A DNA stretch of 64,000 nucleotides, from contig OZ250169.1 in NCBI GenBank assembly GCA_965237955.1, forward strand, positions 5,568,001-5,632,000, written 5' to 3'. The position numbers and the translations under genes were made by a program. The DNA is from Candidatus Marinacidobacterales bacterium. Lineage in GTDB: Bacteria; Acidobacteriota; Vicinamibacteria; Marinacidobacterales; SMYC01. A model generated the notes under the pieces. That model was not told the origin of the DNA. It did no database searches and saw only the letters and a list, made by a program, of their open reading frames with translations. Shown one piece after another: positions 20,622-33,700 of this stretch (the stretch's first letter is position 1; the number at the start of each line of letters is the position of its first letter).

Positions 20622-21872
20622 ATGCTTGATACCGCCACACGTCTCATGCGTCAGACGACTCAGGGACTCAGTCGCCGGGATTTCTTTGGCGCTGGTGTCC
20701 TAGCCGGCCTCGCCTCGCTCCTCCATCCCCGAGCCGCGCGGGCCAATGCCTGGAAGGTGTCCACCTACTCCGACAACGTCTACACGCGACTGCTCGGCGT
20801 CAAGCCGCATCTCCCGGGGCACGACCACGAGACTTCGCTGGGCGGCTCCCGAATGCCTGCCGAAGTGATCCGAGCGATGGCGGAGGCCAACGAATACTTC
20901 GTTGACATGCACGAGCTGACGAAGGCTGCCGGACGCCGCATCGCCGAGGTCACCGGCGCCGAGGCGGGTCTGATCACCTCGGGCGCGTTCTCAGCGCTGA
21001 TTCTCGGCGCAGCCGCCTGTTTGACAGGCGATGACCCGGACCGTATCGAGGCGCTACCTCACCCAACGTGGCCGCGCCGCGAGTGTCTCACCCAGACAGC
21101 CCACCGATTCGATTACGACCGCGCTTACCGCGCTGCCGGCATGACGATCGTGGACAAGGACACGAGAGAGGAAGTTGCTGCCGCAATTTCGGACAAGACG
21201 GCGATGCTCGCCTGTCTCGCGCGCATCGAGCGGCTCGAGGACCGCTCGGCCGACGTCATGCTGCCCGAGGAGTTCGTAGAGCTCGGCAAGAAACACAGCG
21301 TTCCGGTGCTGATCGACGCCGCGTCCGAGCTCCCTCCCGAGGGTAACCTGCAACGCTACGTCGACATGGGCACCGACTTGGTGATTATCAGCGGCGGCAA
21401 AGGTATTCGAGGACCGCAATCGACTGGAATTCTGGCCGGTCGCACGGACCTGATCGAGGCCGCGCGTCTCAACGCGGCCCCTCTTGAGAACATCGGGCGC
21501 GGGATGAAAGTCGGCAAAGAGGAGATGATCGGCTTCATCGTGGCCCTCAATCGCTACGTGGAGCTCGATCATGAGCTCGTGAAACAGCAGTGGAATCAAC
21601 GCTCGAGCGAACTCGCGGGCCATCTGCAAGGTGTCCCCGGCCTCACGGCGGAGCCGGTCTGGAGCACCAGGGGCTACTACGACGTCAAGCTCTCCTTGGA
21701 CGAGCACATCATCCCAATGACCATGGACGAGGTGCGGCAGAAGCTGAGAGTCGGGGACCCGCCGATCATTTTCCAGGGCGATATTTTCAAGACGCGTTGT
21801 CTCGAAGAGGGCGAGCTGCTCCTCGTGGCCAGACGCCTCCGACAGTTCTTCAGCACGGAGGCACGCTCCTAG
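20622..21872 (+). CDS. PLP-dependent SelA-like/DgaE-family enzyme with Tat signal
   Basis: SRRDFF twin-Arg; LGGSRM, VLIDAASE, ISGGKGIRGPQSTG (PLP Lys), IGRGMKVGKEE. Confidence 0.85.
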   Translation: MLDTATRLMRQTTQGLSRRDFFGAGVLAGLASLLHPRAARANAWKVSTYSDNVYTRLLGVKPHLPGHDHETSLGGSRMPAEVIRAMAEANEYFVDMHELTKAAGRRIAEVTGAEAGLITSGAFSALILGAAACLTGDDPDRIEALPHPTWPRRECLTQTAHRFDYDRAYRAAGMTIVDKDTREEVAAAISDKTAMLACLARIERLEDRSADVMLPEEFVELGKKHSVPVLIDAASELPPEGNLQRYVDMGTDLVIISGGKGIRGPQSTGILAGRTDLIEAARLNAAPLENIGRGMKVGKEEMIGFIVALNRYVELDHELVKQQWNQRSSELAGHLQGVPGLTAEPVWSTRGYYDVKLSLDEHIIPMTMDEVRQKLRVGDPPIIFQGDIFKTRCLEEGELLLVARRLRQFFSTEARS

Positions 21873-21902
21873 CGGTCCGGGACGTATCGTCGGGTACTCT
21901 GT

Positions 21903-21985
21903 TCAGGCCGATGCGTTCAGCAATCGGTCGATGTCTTCGTCGTTGTTGTAGACCGGCGGGCCGATGCGGATTCCCTCGATGACGT
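21903..21985 (-). pseudogene. C-terminal stub of a class V aminotransferase
   Basis: Minus strand reads IRIGPPVYNNDEDIDRLLNASA*. Confidence 0.5.
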
Positions 21986-22056
21986 GCGCTTCACCCGAAG
22001 GGCGGGTGAGCTCCCAGCGCTTCAGCGCAACGACGAAGTAGCCGAACGCCTACCGA

Positions 22057-22270
22057 CCAGACGGATCATGGTGGACCATTTATCATGCCAGGTCAGATGG
22101 CTATAACGGCTTGGGCAGGCAAAGTTGTTGATGCCCGTGGAGTGGACTTCGGATGGATGGCCGGTGATCAAAAACCAGGTGAGATCATGGGACATCATCC
22201 CGAGCCAAAAGTTGACAATGTAGGTCACGGTATGCGTATATCGGATGACTTCTGGAGAACATTGGACGAC
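22057..22270 (+). pseudogene. GH43 glycosidase internal fragment
   Basis: PDGSWWTIYHARSDGYNGLGRQ / LLMPVEWTSDGWPVIK / NVGHGMRISDDF across frameshifts. Confidence 0.6.
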
Positions 22271-22424
22271 GTTTCAGAATGGTGTCAGATCCGGCAATTA
22301 CACGATCCGAGTTTTTGCGGCTCGAACAGAGGACCGCTCTACCAGAAGAACAAAAAAGGCCTCTTCCAGCCATTTCAAATACATCGGACTGGAGTAGCTC
22401 GGTATTTACTCCAGGAGGGTATTC

Positions 22425-23756
22425 GTGAGCGCCGTCCGTTTTCTCCTCCCCTCGGCCCTGGGCCTCGCCTTTTTTGCGCTTCCGGTGCCGGTTCAAGGGC
22501 GCGTCACGGTTCCGTTCGATTTGGTGGTTCAGTGGCTCCTCAGGAAAATGCCTACCGAAGTGGCCGTCTACTGCCTGGCCCTCACCGTTGTCGGTGCCGC
22601 GGCAACGGTGGTTGTCCGCTGGCGCCCCACGATACCGAAGCTCCTCGAGGGCTTCCGGACGTCGACGCCCTTGGTCCTCCTTCGCCTCGCCGGCGTTGCG
22701 CTGGCCATCCTCTACTTCTTCCGCATCGGTCCCGAGGTGCTCCTTCAGGATGGTGTGGCCGGCCTCATTTGGAACAAACTGGCCCTTTCCGTCGCGGTCA
22801 TCGTCCCTCTCGGTGCGACCCTTCTCGTGCTGCTCGTCCGCTACGGCCTTCTCGAGTTCATCGGCACCCTCATGCGCCCCGTGATGCGACCGCTCTTCCG
22901 ACTACCTGGCCGGTCGGCTCTGGATAGTCTCACCTCCTGGGTCGGTAGCTACTCGGTAGGCCTCTATTTGACCCGGAAGCTCATGGAGGATGGTTACTAC
23001 AATCGCCGCGAGGCCTATACCATCGTGACTTGTTTCTCCACGGTGAGCATCGGTTTCGTCGCCTTGGTAGCCCAGACCCTGGCGATCCTCCACCTCTTCC
23101 CACTCATCTTCCTCACCTATTTCCTTGCCGTCTACCTGCTGACCGCCATTCTTGCACGGACCTGGCCCATCGCCGGAAAGTCCGAGGAATATGTCAGCCC
23201 CCCGCGACCCGAGCCAACCGCCCAAGAGGACGGAGGGGGGCTACTGAGGACGGCCTGGGAGGGTGCCATCCGTCAGGCGAACCAGGCGCCACGCTTTCGC
23301 GGCATGTTGCGCGAGGGGTTCACGGACGGGCTCGTGCTCGCTTCGACCATCCTGGGAAGCATCCTCGCCGTCGGCACGGCGGCACTCGTACTCGCCAAGG
23401 AGACACCGATCTTCAGCATCCTGGGGCAACCCCTCGTGCCCGTGCTGGATGCACTCGGCCTGCCCGATTCGGAGATCCTCGCTCCCGCCACCCTCGTCGG
23501 GGTGGCGGAAATGTACATCCCCGCCCTACTGACTCAAGAGGCCGCCCTGCCGGCTCGTTTCTTTATTGCCGTGCTCTCCATCTCTCAGCTCATCTTCTTC
23601 TCCGCGGTGGCACCCATGATGATCGACATGTTCCGCGCTGTCCCCGTACGCGCCCGCGAGCTCCTCGCCCTGTTCCTCATGCGAACCGCCGTGCTCATTC
23701 CCCTCCTCGCGGTCGTCACCGCTCTCCTCGGATGGGCAGGGCTTCTCGAGGAGTAG
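22425..23756 (+). CDS. YjiH-family (nucleoside-recognition Gate domain) membrane transporter
   Basis: YGLLEFIGTLMRPVMRPLFRLPGRSALDSLTSWVGS, FSTVSIGF, EMYIPALL; many TMs; GGAGG RBS before GTG. Confidence 0.88.
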   Translation: MSAVRFLLPSALGLAFFALPVPVQGRVTVPFDLVVQWLLRKMPTEVAVYCLALTVVGAAATVVVRWRPTIPKLLEGFRTSTPLVLLRLAGVALAILYFFRIGPEVLLQDGVAGLIWNKLALSVAVIVPLGATLLVLLVRYGLLEFIGTLMRPVMRPLFRLPGRSALDSLTSWVGSYSVGLYLTRKLMEDGYYNRREAYTIVTCFSTVSIGFVALVAQTLAILHLFPLIFLTYFLAVYLLTAILARTWPIAGKSEEYVSPPRPEPTAQEDGGGLLRTAWEGAIRQANQAPRFRGMLREGFTDGLVLASTILGSILAVGTAALVLAKETPIFSILGQPLVPVLDALGLPDSEILAPATLVGVAEMYIPALLTQEAALPARFFIAVLSISQLIFFSAVAPMMIDMFRAVPVRARELLALFLMRTAVLIPLLAVVTALLGWAGLLEE

Positions 23757-23837
23757 ACACCAGAAAAGGACGCCGCCGCCGCTTGTGCTTCGTCGTGCGA
23801 AGAACGTCGTGTTTGCAGAGGGGGAGGTCTAGAAAAG

Positions 23838-25226
23838 ATGCACGTCAAAACATCGACACTCGCCGCCGCGTTGCTCCTTGTGCCGCTGAGCTTCGCGCAA
23901 GAGAATGGCCCGAATTCGCGTGGGCAAGACACCGATCGTCCCAACATTGTTGTCATCCTCGTAGACGACCTGCGGTGGGATTCCCTGGGTGTAGCGGGCC
24001 ATCCATTCATCGAGAGCCCTAACATCGACCGGCTTGCCCGTGAGGGCGCTCTGTTTCGAAACGCGTTTGTCACCACGCCTTTGTGCTCCCCCGCACGAGC
24101 GAGTTTTCTGACAGGACGCTACGCGCGGGCGCATCGCGTCCACACGAACGAAGACCACAGCGCCCTTAGCCACCTGCTCATCACGTTCCCTCGACTACTC
24201 GAACATGCTGGATATGACACAGCCTTCGTTGGGAAATGGCACATGGGAGACGACGACGCGCCTAGACCCGGATTCACGCATTGGGTGGGATTTCGAGGGC
24301 AAGGCGCGTACTGGAACCAAGAGATGAACATCAACGGGCGGCGAGTACCGACGGATGGGTACGTCACGGATACGCTCAATGATTACGCAGAGGACTTCGT
24401 GCGCACGGCGGCCCGCGGCAATCGGCCATTCCTGCTCTATCTGTCCCACAAGGCGATGCACGACCCCGTCTTACCACCGACCCGGCACGAAGGGCTCTAC
24501 AACGGAGCGCGAGTTCCGTGCTCACCCGGATGCAAAGATACGCTGGAGGGAAAGCGGGCCCTGACCCGGTCCGTGCCCGGCACCAGGCCGCCGGCACGGG
24601 GAAGCGGACCCGCCGACGAGAATACGCGCGGCCGATTGTCACTTCTCTCGGCGGTCGACGAAGGCGTTGCTCAGTTACTCGAAACGCTTGCGGAGGAAGG
24701 CGTACTCGACCAGACAGCGGTCGTATTCATGAGCGACAACGGGTACTTTTTCCGGGAGCACGGCCTTGGCGACAAGCGTTGGGCCTACGAAGAGGCGATC
24801 CGTATACCTTTGCTCCTGCGTTATCCGCCCCTCGCCCGTCCTGGGATCCTCCTCGACGAGCTCGTTTTGAATGTCGACCTGGCGCCGACGTTGCTCGACC
24901 TCGCTGGCGTTTCCAACCGGGCCGGATTCCACGGCGAGTCGTTTCTGCCTCTCCTCTCAGAGGGAGCAACGGGCTGGCGCGACGCCTTCGTCGCCGAGTA
25001 TTTCGACGAGGATCCGTTCCCCCGAATTCCGACATGGGAAGCGATCCGGACCGAACGCTGGAAGTACATGCGCTATCCCGATCTGGGAGGCGAATTCGAC
25101 GAGCTTTACGACCTGCGAACCGATCCGTACGAATTGAATAATCTCGCGATGGAGTCGCGGGTGTCCGACACGCGTGATTCGCTCATCAGAAGACTCGAGC
25201 AGAGCTTCGAGTCCTTGGAGCCGTGA
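23838..25226 (+). CDS. Formylglycine-dependent sulfatase (S1), secreted
   Basis: PNIVVILVDDLR, CSPARASFLTG, GKWH, FMSDNG, ELYDLRTDPYE. Confidence 0.93.
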   Translation: MHVKTSTLAAALLLVPLSFAQENGPNSRGQDTDRPNIVVILVDDLRWDSLGVAGHPFIESPNIDRLAREGALFRNAFVTTPLCSPARASFLTGRYARAHRVHTNEDHSALSHLLITFPRLLEHAGYDTAFVGKWHMGDDDAPRPGFTHWVGFRGQGAYWNQEMNINGRRVPTDGYVTDTLNDYAEDFVRTAARGNRPFLLYLSHKAMHDPVLPPTRHEGLYNGARVPCSPGCKDTLEGKRALTRSVPGTRPPARGSGPADENTRGRLSLLSAVDEGVAQLLETLAEEGVLDQTAVVFMSDNGYFFREHGLGDKRWAYEEAIRIPLLLRYPPLARPGILLDELVLNVDLAPTLLDLAGVSNRAGFHGESFLPLLSEGATGWRDAFVAEYFDEDPFPRIPTWEAIRTERWKYMRYPDLGGEFDELYDLRTDPYELNNLAMESRVSDTRDSLIRRLEQSFESLEP

Positions 25227-25480
25227 GCTCGCAAATCCTGGGCTGCCAACTCCATGAATAGGACCGAACGAAGACGAGAATCTGCAGATTCCCGCCCACC
25301 TCGGCGCCATTGTCATCTACGTTTGAGCGCGATACGTTCACGATGGCCTCGCTCCCCCCACCGGGAAGCGAGTACCTCACCTCGAACCCGATAGGAACGG
25401 AGCTCGAGGCTTCGAGGCGGATCGTCTCCGAGTCGACCCCGCCCTCGGCTTGCCTGTGGCTCATCATTATTAATCCGGAC

Positions 25481-25612
25481 ATGTAACGCGACACCGTCAT
25501 CTCCGAGACAATGAATCCGAGCTTCGTGAGCTCCGCGTGAACACGGGGTGCACCCCAACCGTCTTGTGCCATTATCTGGATGAGCCGACGAAGCTCGGCG
25601 TCGATAGGCACA
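25481..25612 (-). pseudogene. Integrase/transposase fragment
   Basis: IDAELRRLIQIMAQDGWGAPRVHAELTKLGFIVSEMTVSRYM, typical HTH of rve integrase-core transposases. Confidence 0.6.
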
Positions 25613-25730
25613 GGTGTTGGCAACACAGCAAGCACGAACATCCATAAGTTCATGGGCGCGATTCTGCTCCATGCGCTTTCGCCTGGCAAGCGCGAACGTA
25701 TAGGATGCACAGATTGTCAGGAGGCTCCCA

Positions 25731-27091
<1,361 letters not shown>

Positions 27092-27095
<4 letters not shown>

Positions 27096-28360
27096 AGGCC
27101 CTTTGCTTGTTGCTGTTGGCGGCTTCCGCCGCGTCTGCTCAAACCATTGCCATCGTCGGAGGTACGGTCCATACCGTCGACGGCGAGGTCATCGAGAACG
27201 GCATCGTTCTCATCGAGGACGGGCGCATCCAAAACGTCGGCCGTTCCCTCTCGATCCCGTCGAACGCCAGGCGGCTCGATGCCGATGGAAAAATCGTGAC
27301 GCCGGGGCTCATCGACATCGGGACTTCTGTCGGCCTCATCGAGGTCCTAAGCCTTGCCGACACCCGCGACGCGAGCCTCGACAACGCAGACCCTTTCCGG
27401 CCCTCCTTTCGGGTGACCGACGGACTCAACCCGTACTCCATCGTCATTCCTGTCACGCGGCTCGGTGGCGTCACGACCGTGGCGAGCCTGCCCTCGGGAG
27501 GCATCCTCGCGGGGCAAGCGGTCGTCATCGACCTCACAGGACGGCGCGCCGCCGACATGATCGTGCGCGAACCGGCGGCGCTGGTCGGCGCGTTCAATCC
27601 CGCGGCCGCGGAAACGGTGGGAGGGGCCCGAGGTGCTCTTGCGCTTCGCCTGCGTGAAGCTCTCGACGACGCCCGTTTCTATGGCGAGAACGAGGATGCG
27701 TTCGGCTCGGCCGCGCTCCGCGAGCTTTCGATCTCAAGGCTCGACCTCGAGGCGCTGAAAAACGCTATGAGCACCGCGCTGCCCTTCGTCGTCCGCGCCT
27801 CTAGCACCGCGGATATCGATGCAGCGATGGCTCTCGCCGGCGAGTATGACCTCGATCTCGTCGTTCTCGGTGGCGAAGAGGCGTGGCGACGAAGCGGCGA
27901 TCTCGCCGCGTCGGAAACGCCGGTGATCGTCAAAGCCTACGCGAACGTTCCGGTGCAGTTCGATCGTCTCGGAGCGCGTTTCGACAACGCCGCCCTCCTC
28001 GCAAAGGCAGGTGTACGCGTCGTGCTCTCCACGCTCGAAACGCACAATGCAAGAAATCTCCGTTTCGAGGCAGGGCAGGCCGTCCGCCACGGGATGAAGT
28101 GGGAGGAGGCGCTTCGCGCTGTGACGTTGACCCCTGCGGAAGTCATGGGCATCGCGGACACGCACGGGTCACTCGAGACGGGCAAGACGGCGAACGTCGT
28201 CGTGTGGTCAGGCGATCCCTTCGAGCCCGCCTCCGCGGCGGAGCACGTCTTCATCCGGGGCCGCGAGATCGAGCACGACTCCCGACAGATTCGACTGCTC
28301 GAGCGCTACAAGAACCTCGACGGCCGACCCGTGCAATACCTGGGAAACCCAACACCCTGA
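27092..28360 (+). CDS. Amidohydrolase-fold protein lacking metal ligands, secreted
   Basis: PGLIDIGTS replaces HxH; GSLETGKTANVVVWSGDPF; ATGA overlap with upstream gene. Confidence 0.88.
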
Positions 28361-28411
28361 GAAAACCGGTCTTCAATCCCCAAGCCAAGTCCTAAACGCC
28401 TTGGAGTCCCA

Positions 28412-29035
28412 TCAGCCGCGCACTTCGAAGATGGCTTCGACCTCGACGGGTTGGTTTCCCGGCAGCGATGCCATGCCGACGGCGCTGCGGCCGCCCTTGC
28501 CCCTGTCTTCGCCGAAAACCTCGACCAGCAGCTCGCTGAAGCCGTTGACCACCTGAGGTTGCTGGCCGAAGCCGGGTGTGCAGTTGACCATGCCGAGCAC
28601 TTTCACCAGCCTTACCACCTCATCAAGGCTACCCAAGGTGTAGCGTACCGAGCTCAGCAAGTTCAGGCCGGCGATGCGCGCGGCAGCGTGGCCATCCTCC
28701 ACCGTCATGTCGGCGCCAACCTTCCCCACGAGCGGCGATCCGTCGAGTCCACGCGGGGTGTGGCCGGACGTGAACAATATGTTGCCGGCGCGTACCGCCG
28801 GGACGTAGACGCCCACCGGTAGCGGCGGCGGCGGCAATTCGATGCCGAGCTCGCGCACTCGTTGCTCGGGGCTCGTGCTTTGCGACGTCCCGAGCCCAGC
28901 CGCCTCTGAAGCCTGGCCGACTGCAGTCCGTCCCGATGCCATCGCGAGAAATGCCCCACCGGCGGCGCCGGCCGTCGCCAGACACTTGCTGCGGAGGAAA
29001 CTTCGACGGGTTTCTTCTATCGACATTGCGTACAT
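28412..29035 (-). CDS. RidA/YjgF family protein with Tat signal
   Basis: TRRSFL twin-Arg; PVGVYVP, LFTSGH, VKVLGMVN, NGFSELL, RSAVG (catalytic Arg), VEVE. Confidence 0.88.
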   Translation of the reverse strand: MYAMSIEETRRSFLRSKCLATAGAAGGAFLAMASGRTAVGQASEAAGLGTSQSTSPEQRVRELGIELPPPPLPVGVYVPAVRAGNILFTSGHTPRGLDGSPLVGKVGADMTVEDGHAAARIAGLNLLSSVRYTLGSLDEVVRLVKVLGMVNCTPGFGQQPQVVNGFSELLVEVFGEDRGKGGRSAVGMASLPGNQPVEVEAIFEVRG

Positions 29036-29409
29036 GCCTCCTTTTTCTTTTTTGGAACAGTTTATGCCGTGTCAACGCTCAGCGCCTCGGCGCCTCGGCG
29101 CCTCATCAGGGGCGCTTCGGCGGATTGAGAGTCCGCCGGACACGGTGTCGCGACGGCGAGGAGAGACGGCGCGAACATGAAGCCCATGAGACGACGCATG
29201 ATACCATTCGCTCCGAGTTGAAAAGCAACGACCCGCGCGAACCCCAGAACCGAGCCGCGATTTTAACTTTAACGGCTGAGAGCGGAAACAACCAAGAGCA
29301 CCCGCTCATCAATTCTCTCCGGGGAGTGCAACTCGATGGCCGCCAATAGAGCTGACTTTCCTCGCCACTCGAGTCCACATGATCCAGAGCGGGTTGTCCA
29401 CAGGAGAAA

Positions 29410-30423
29410 GTGATGAAAATTTTGATAATAAACCAGAAAGAAGTCACTGAACTTGTTTCTGTAACAGAACTGATGCCGGTGATGGAGGACGCTCTCAAAA
29501 CTCTGGCGCGCGGTGATGCGATCATGCCCCAGCGTCCGAGCATCTGGCTGCCGGACAAGTCAGGCCAGCTGGTAATGATGCCAACCTACCTGCCTAACAT
29601 AAAGGCCCTGGGACTTAAGGTAATCACGTATTTTCCCGGAAACATGAACAGTCCTTACGATACCCACCAGGGCGGAGTGATGCTGTTTGACTCGACTAAC
29701 GGTAACCTGCTGGCCATGATCGACGCCACGGAAATAACTGCGAGCCGGACTGCTGCTGCCACCGGCGTTGCCAGTAAAGCACTGGCCCGGAACGATTCCT
29801 CAAAGCTGGCCCTTATCGGTTCCGGCACCCAGGCCCGCACCCACCTGGAAGCCATGCTGCATGCTCACGACATCAAAGAGATCAAAGCCTGGGCACTGCC
29901 CCTGGAACATGCTCAGGGATTTGCCAGACGCGAATCTGAACGTCACAACATTGAAATCCAGGTTGCCCAAACCGGTGAAGAAGCGGTGACAGGAGCTGAC
30001 ATCATCTGTACCTGCACTTCAGCAAAACAGCCGGTTTTGTTCGGCAAGTGGCTCAAACCGGGGATGCATATTAATGCCATCGGCTCAACCATTCCGCACA
30101 CCAGAGAACTGGACACGGAAGCGCTGGTGAAATGCAAAATGTTCGTCGATAGAAAAGAAGCCGCGCTCAACGAAGCCGGGGATTTCCTGTTCCCGCAAAA
30201 AGAGGGGGCAGTGACTGAAGATCACATTAAAGGTGAAATCGGCGATGTCTTTCTCGGTAAAAATCCAGGCCGTGAATCAGCTGATGAGATTACACTGTTC
30301 AAGTCCTTAGGCCTGGCAGTTGAAGATGTAGCCGCAGCATTTCACATCTACAACAAGGCAAAGGAAAAGGATATGGGCACCTGGACAGAATTCGGAGGTG
30401 ACCGCTTGCGCCTCTCCGAGTAG
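29410..30423 (+). CDS. Ornithine cyclodeaminase/mu-crystallin family protein
   Basis: ITASRTAAA, IGSGTQA, HINAIGS, ITLFKSLGLAVEDV. Confidence 0.92.
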   Translation: MMKILIINQKEVTELVSVTELMPVMEDALKTLARGDAIMPQRPSIWLPDKSGQLVMMPTYLPNIKALGLKVITYFPGNMNSPYDTHQGGVMLFDSTNGNLLAMIDATEITASRTAAATGVASKALARNDSSKLALIGSGTQARTHLEAMLHAHDIKEIKAWALPLEHAQGFARRESERHNIEIQVAQTGEEAVTGADIICTCTSAKQPVLFGKWLKPGMHINAIGSTIPHTRELDTEALVKCKMFVDRKEAALNEAGDFLFPQKEGAVTEDHIKGEIGDVFLGKNPGRESADEITLFKSLGLAVEDVAAAFHIYNKAKEKDMGTWTEFGGDRLRLSE

Positions 30424-30755
30424 AAGCGCGTTCAACGCCTCGAGTCCTTGCGCGTGCAACCAACTCGTCAGCTTCGTCGTCGTCGTAGCGATTCCTGCCA
30501 CCATCGGCAACAGCATCTGGCATAGATGCCCAACTACACCGGGCTCCGAGCTTCCTTGTGCTTGATGTTGAGGCCGGCCAAGGAGCCGCTGCTACTTCAT
30601 TTTCAACGAACGGCATCTCGATCGGCGACCCCGCATCGTCCCAGCAAACAGCCATCGCCAAGATTGAGCTCAGGGCCGCATCCCACAATCGCAACAACAG
30701 CGGTGCAGTTGCCCATTAATGATCGCACTCAGTGTTCTCTTTGGAGCCCGCAATC

Positions 30756-30785
30756 ATAGTCCCGAAGGAAGCACCTTCGGACTAT
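30756..30785 (-). terminator. Hairpin just downstream of the tricorn gene
   Basis: ATAGTCCCGAAGG/CCTTCGGACTAT stem ~10 nt after the stop; weak U-tract. Confidence 0.4.
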
Positions 30786-30794
30786 TGTCTACCA

Positions 30795-33700
30795 CTAGTT
30801 CTCGGGATTCGCGGATTTCTTTTTGCCTCTCCTATCTTCATAAGCCGGGCGGCTCGGCCGTACGGGTGGTTTTTCCGCGAGAAGTTTCACCGTCTCGTCA
30901 ATGGCACGCTCGAGCTGGGGATCCGTACCCCTGGCCAGGAGGCCTGGGTCCTCCTTGACCTCGATATCGGGATCGACTCCGTGGCCTTCCTTGAACCATT
31001 CCCCCTCTGGATCGTACATCCGGAATGCGGGCACGCTGACGACGCCGCCGTCGATGAGTGCCGGCACTCCGGTCGTACCGATCAAGCCTCCATGCGTGCG
31101 GGAACCGATGAGAGGTCCTAATCCGGCTCTCCGGAAGAAGTCGGGGAATGCATCGCCTCCAGACCCACTCCAGCCGTTGATGAGCATGACCTTGGGGCCG
31201 AAGTGACCGACCCGTGGCGACTGCCAGTCCCTGCCATCTCGTACCGCCCAAAAGGCGAGGGCTGGCCGGTTCAACAGCTCGATGAACCGATCCGGGAGCT
31301 GACCACCGCTGTTGAACCGCTCGTCGATGATCAAACCCTCTTTGTGGAACTGAGTCACAAACTGACGCACCAGCTCGGCTTGCCCATCACGCCCCGTACT
31401 CCGGACATAGATGTAGCCCACACGTCCGTTGGTCTTCTCCTCAACGCGCTTCCGGTTGGACTCGATCCAAGCAAGATGTCGCAAGCGAGTCTCGTCCGGG
31501 AGCGCGCGTAGGATCACCTTCCGCGCACCTTCCGGGGTAGGACGGTCGTTGACGGTGAGCTCGATGGTCTTGTCTGCCAGACCCTGAAAAGCAGCCCAGG
31601 GATCTTCCGATATATCCAGAGGGATGCCATTGACAGCGAGGATGTAGTCGCCTTCCTTGACGTTCACGCCCGGCAGTACCAAGGGTGACCGAACCTCGCT
31701 ATCCCAATCGGCACCGTTGATGATTTCCTGAATCCGGTAAAAGCCTTCGTGAACTTCCCAGTCGACGCCCAGATAGCCGACACCCATCGTCGACGGTGCT
31801 TCGAGATCGCCGCCGCTACGGTACGTGTGTGAAGAGTTCAACTCGGCGATGAGCTCACCAATGACGTAGTTGAGGTCCCACCGGGTCACGACGTCGCGCA
31901 GGAGAGTAGCGTAGCGCTCTCGCATGGTCTCCCAGTCGACCCCGTGCATGCCTTCATCGTAGAAGAAGTCGCGATACAGACGCCAAGCTTCATTGAAGAT
32001 TTGCTTCCATTCGGCCTCAGGGTCCAGGGCCATCTCGAGCTCTGCCGTGCGAAGCTTCTTCTCCATATTCTGGTCTTGTTGCAAGTCGACGATTGAAAAA
32101 TCCCGATCTTTCCACGCCAGGATTTTCTGTCGATCGGCGGAGAGACGGTAGCCATCGATGTCTCCCAAAACGGTCTTCTCTTCACGCTCCTCGAGATCGT
32201 AGAAGACGAGGGCGCTCTTCGCCTCTGGGCCCATGCCTGTAAGTGGCCGTTTCCGGTAGAGTATTTTCCCGGGAGCCGCTTCGAGCGTATCGTAGTTCCC
32301 GGCCTGCGGTGGCAGCGCCACCGCCCGTTGTTCGAAACCGTCGATGAGGATCTCGACGGGCTGAGCCTCTTTCTCTTCGGACTCGTCTTTCTCATCCTCT
32401 AGCTCGTCTTCATCGCTTCGCGGTGCTACTGGCGAGAGAATGTCGGGCTTGAGGGAGACGGCCATGATATTCGTCGAATTGGCGTAGATGAATGAGTTGT
32501 CCAGATCGCTGTAGCTGGGCCTGAACGTCCGACCGGAGAGGAAATAGAGGTATTTTCCGTCGGGGTCGAAGACCGGTTGCCGGTCGTCGTAATAACCCGA
32601 TGTGACCTGATGGCGCTCCCCTGTGTTTGTGTCGAAGAGATAAACGGCGTGCGTGCGGTTGTCCTGCCCCCGGGCGTAGGCGAGCCAGCGGCTATCTGGC
32701 GACCACCCGACCTTGAAATTGTCGAGGGAAGGCTGGTACATCCAGAGGCCCTTATCCACTTGGACCGTCTGGTTCTCTACGAATTCGTAGACGAAAATGG
32801 CCATGCTCTTGTCGACAAAAGCGAGCTTCTTGCTGTCCGGCGACCAGTGGATCTGATATCGGTACCCGGGGCCGTAGGAAGTGAGTTTGCGAGCTTCGGA
32901 TCCGTCCTTCGCGTTGAAGACAGCGAGCTCGTACTCTCCAGAGCGGTCGCTCCAGTAGGCCACGTACTTTCCATCGGGGGACCAGGCAGGGTTGCGTTCC
33001 GCAGCGCCCGCGCTCCTCGTGAGGTTCCGGATGGGACCGTGCTCAGCGGGCACAGAGAAGATCTCACCCCTGGCTTCGAACAGAGCTCTTTTACCCTTAG
33101 GAGAAATCTGCGCGTTCTGAATGAGATTGGCCGCGTTGACCATGCGCGGCTTGAGGGTTGATTGATCCGTCACCACTTCGATGTCGACAGGCCGCATCTC
33201 TTCGTTTTCCAGGTCGAGAAGGTAGAGCCGTCCTCCGGCCTCGAAAACCATGTCGGATGGGCCGATGGCCGGAAAATGAATGTCGAAGTCCTCCAAACGA
33301 GTGACCTGCCGAGTTTCCTTCGAATCCAGGTTGTGGGCCCAAATGTTGTACCTCTGATTCGGGCCCCGGTCGGACAGGAAGTAGACGGTTCTCCCATGCC
33401 ACATGGCGTGGGCATCGTTGGCCGGGTCGTCAGTCATGTTGGTCGCGGTGAGCTCCTCCAGGTCGAATAACCAGATGTCGGGTGCTGCCCCGCCCCGGTA
33501 GCGTCTCCAGTTGCGGAAATCCCTGGAGATGGGCACAAAGGCCAGGGTTGTACCGTCGGGCGATAGAGATCCGAACTCACCATACGGTACCGGCAAGCGT
33601 TGCGGAAGACCCCCTTCCGCTGACGTGCGAAAGAACTGGTTGAAGCGCCGCCGGCCGCTCGTCATCCGCGACGCATAGAGAATGCTCTTCCCACCGGGAG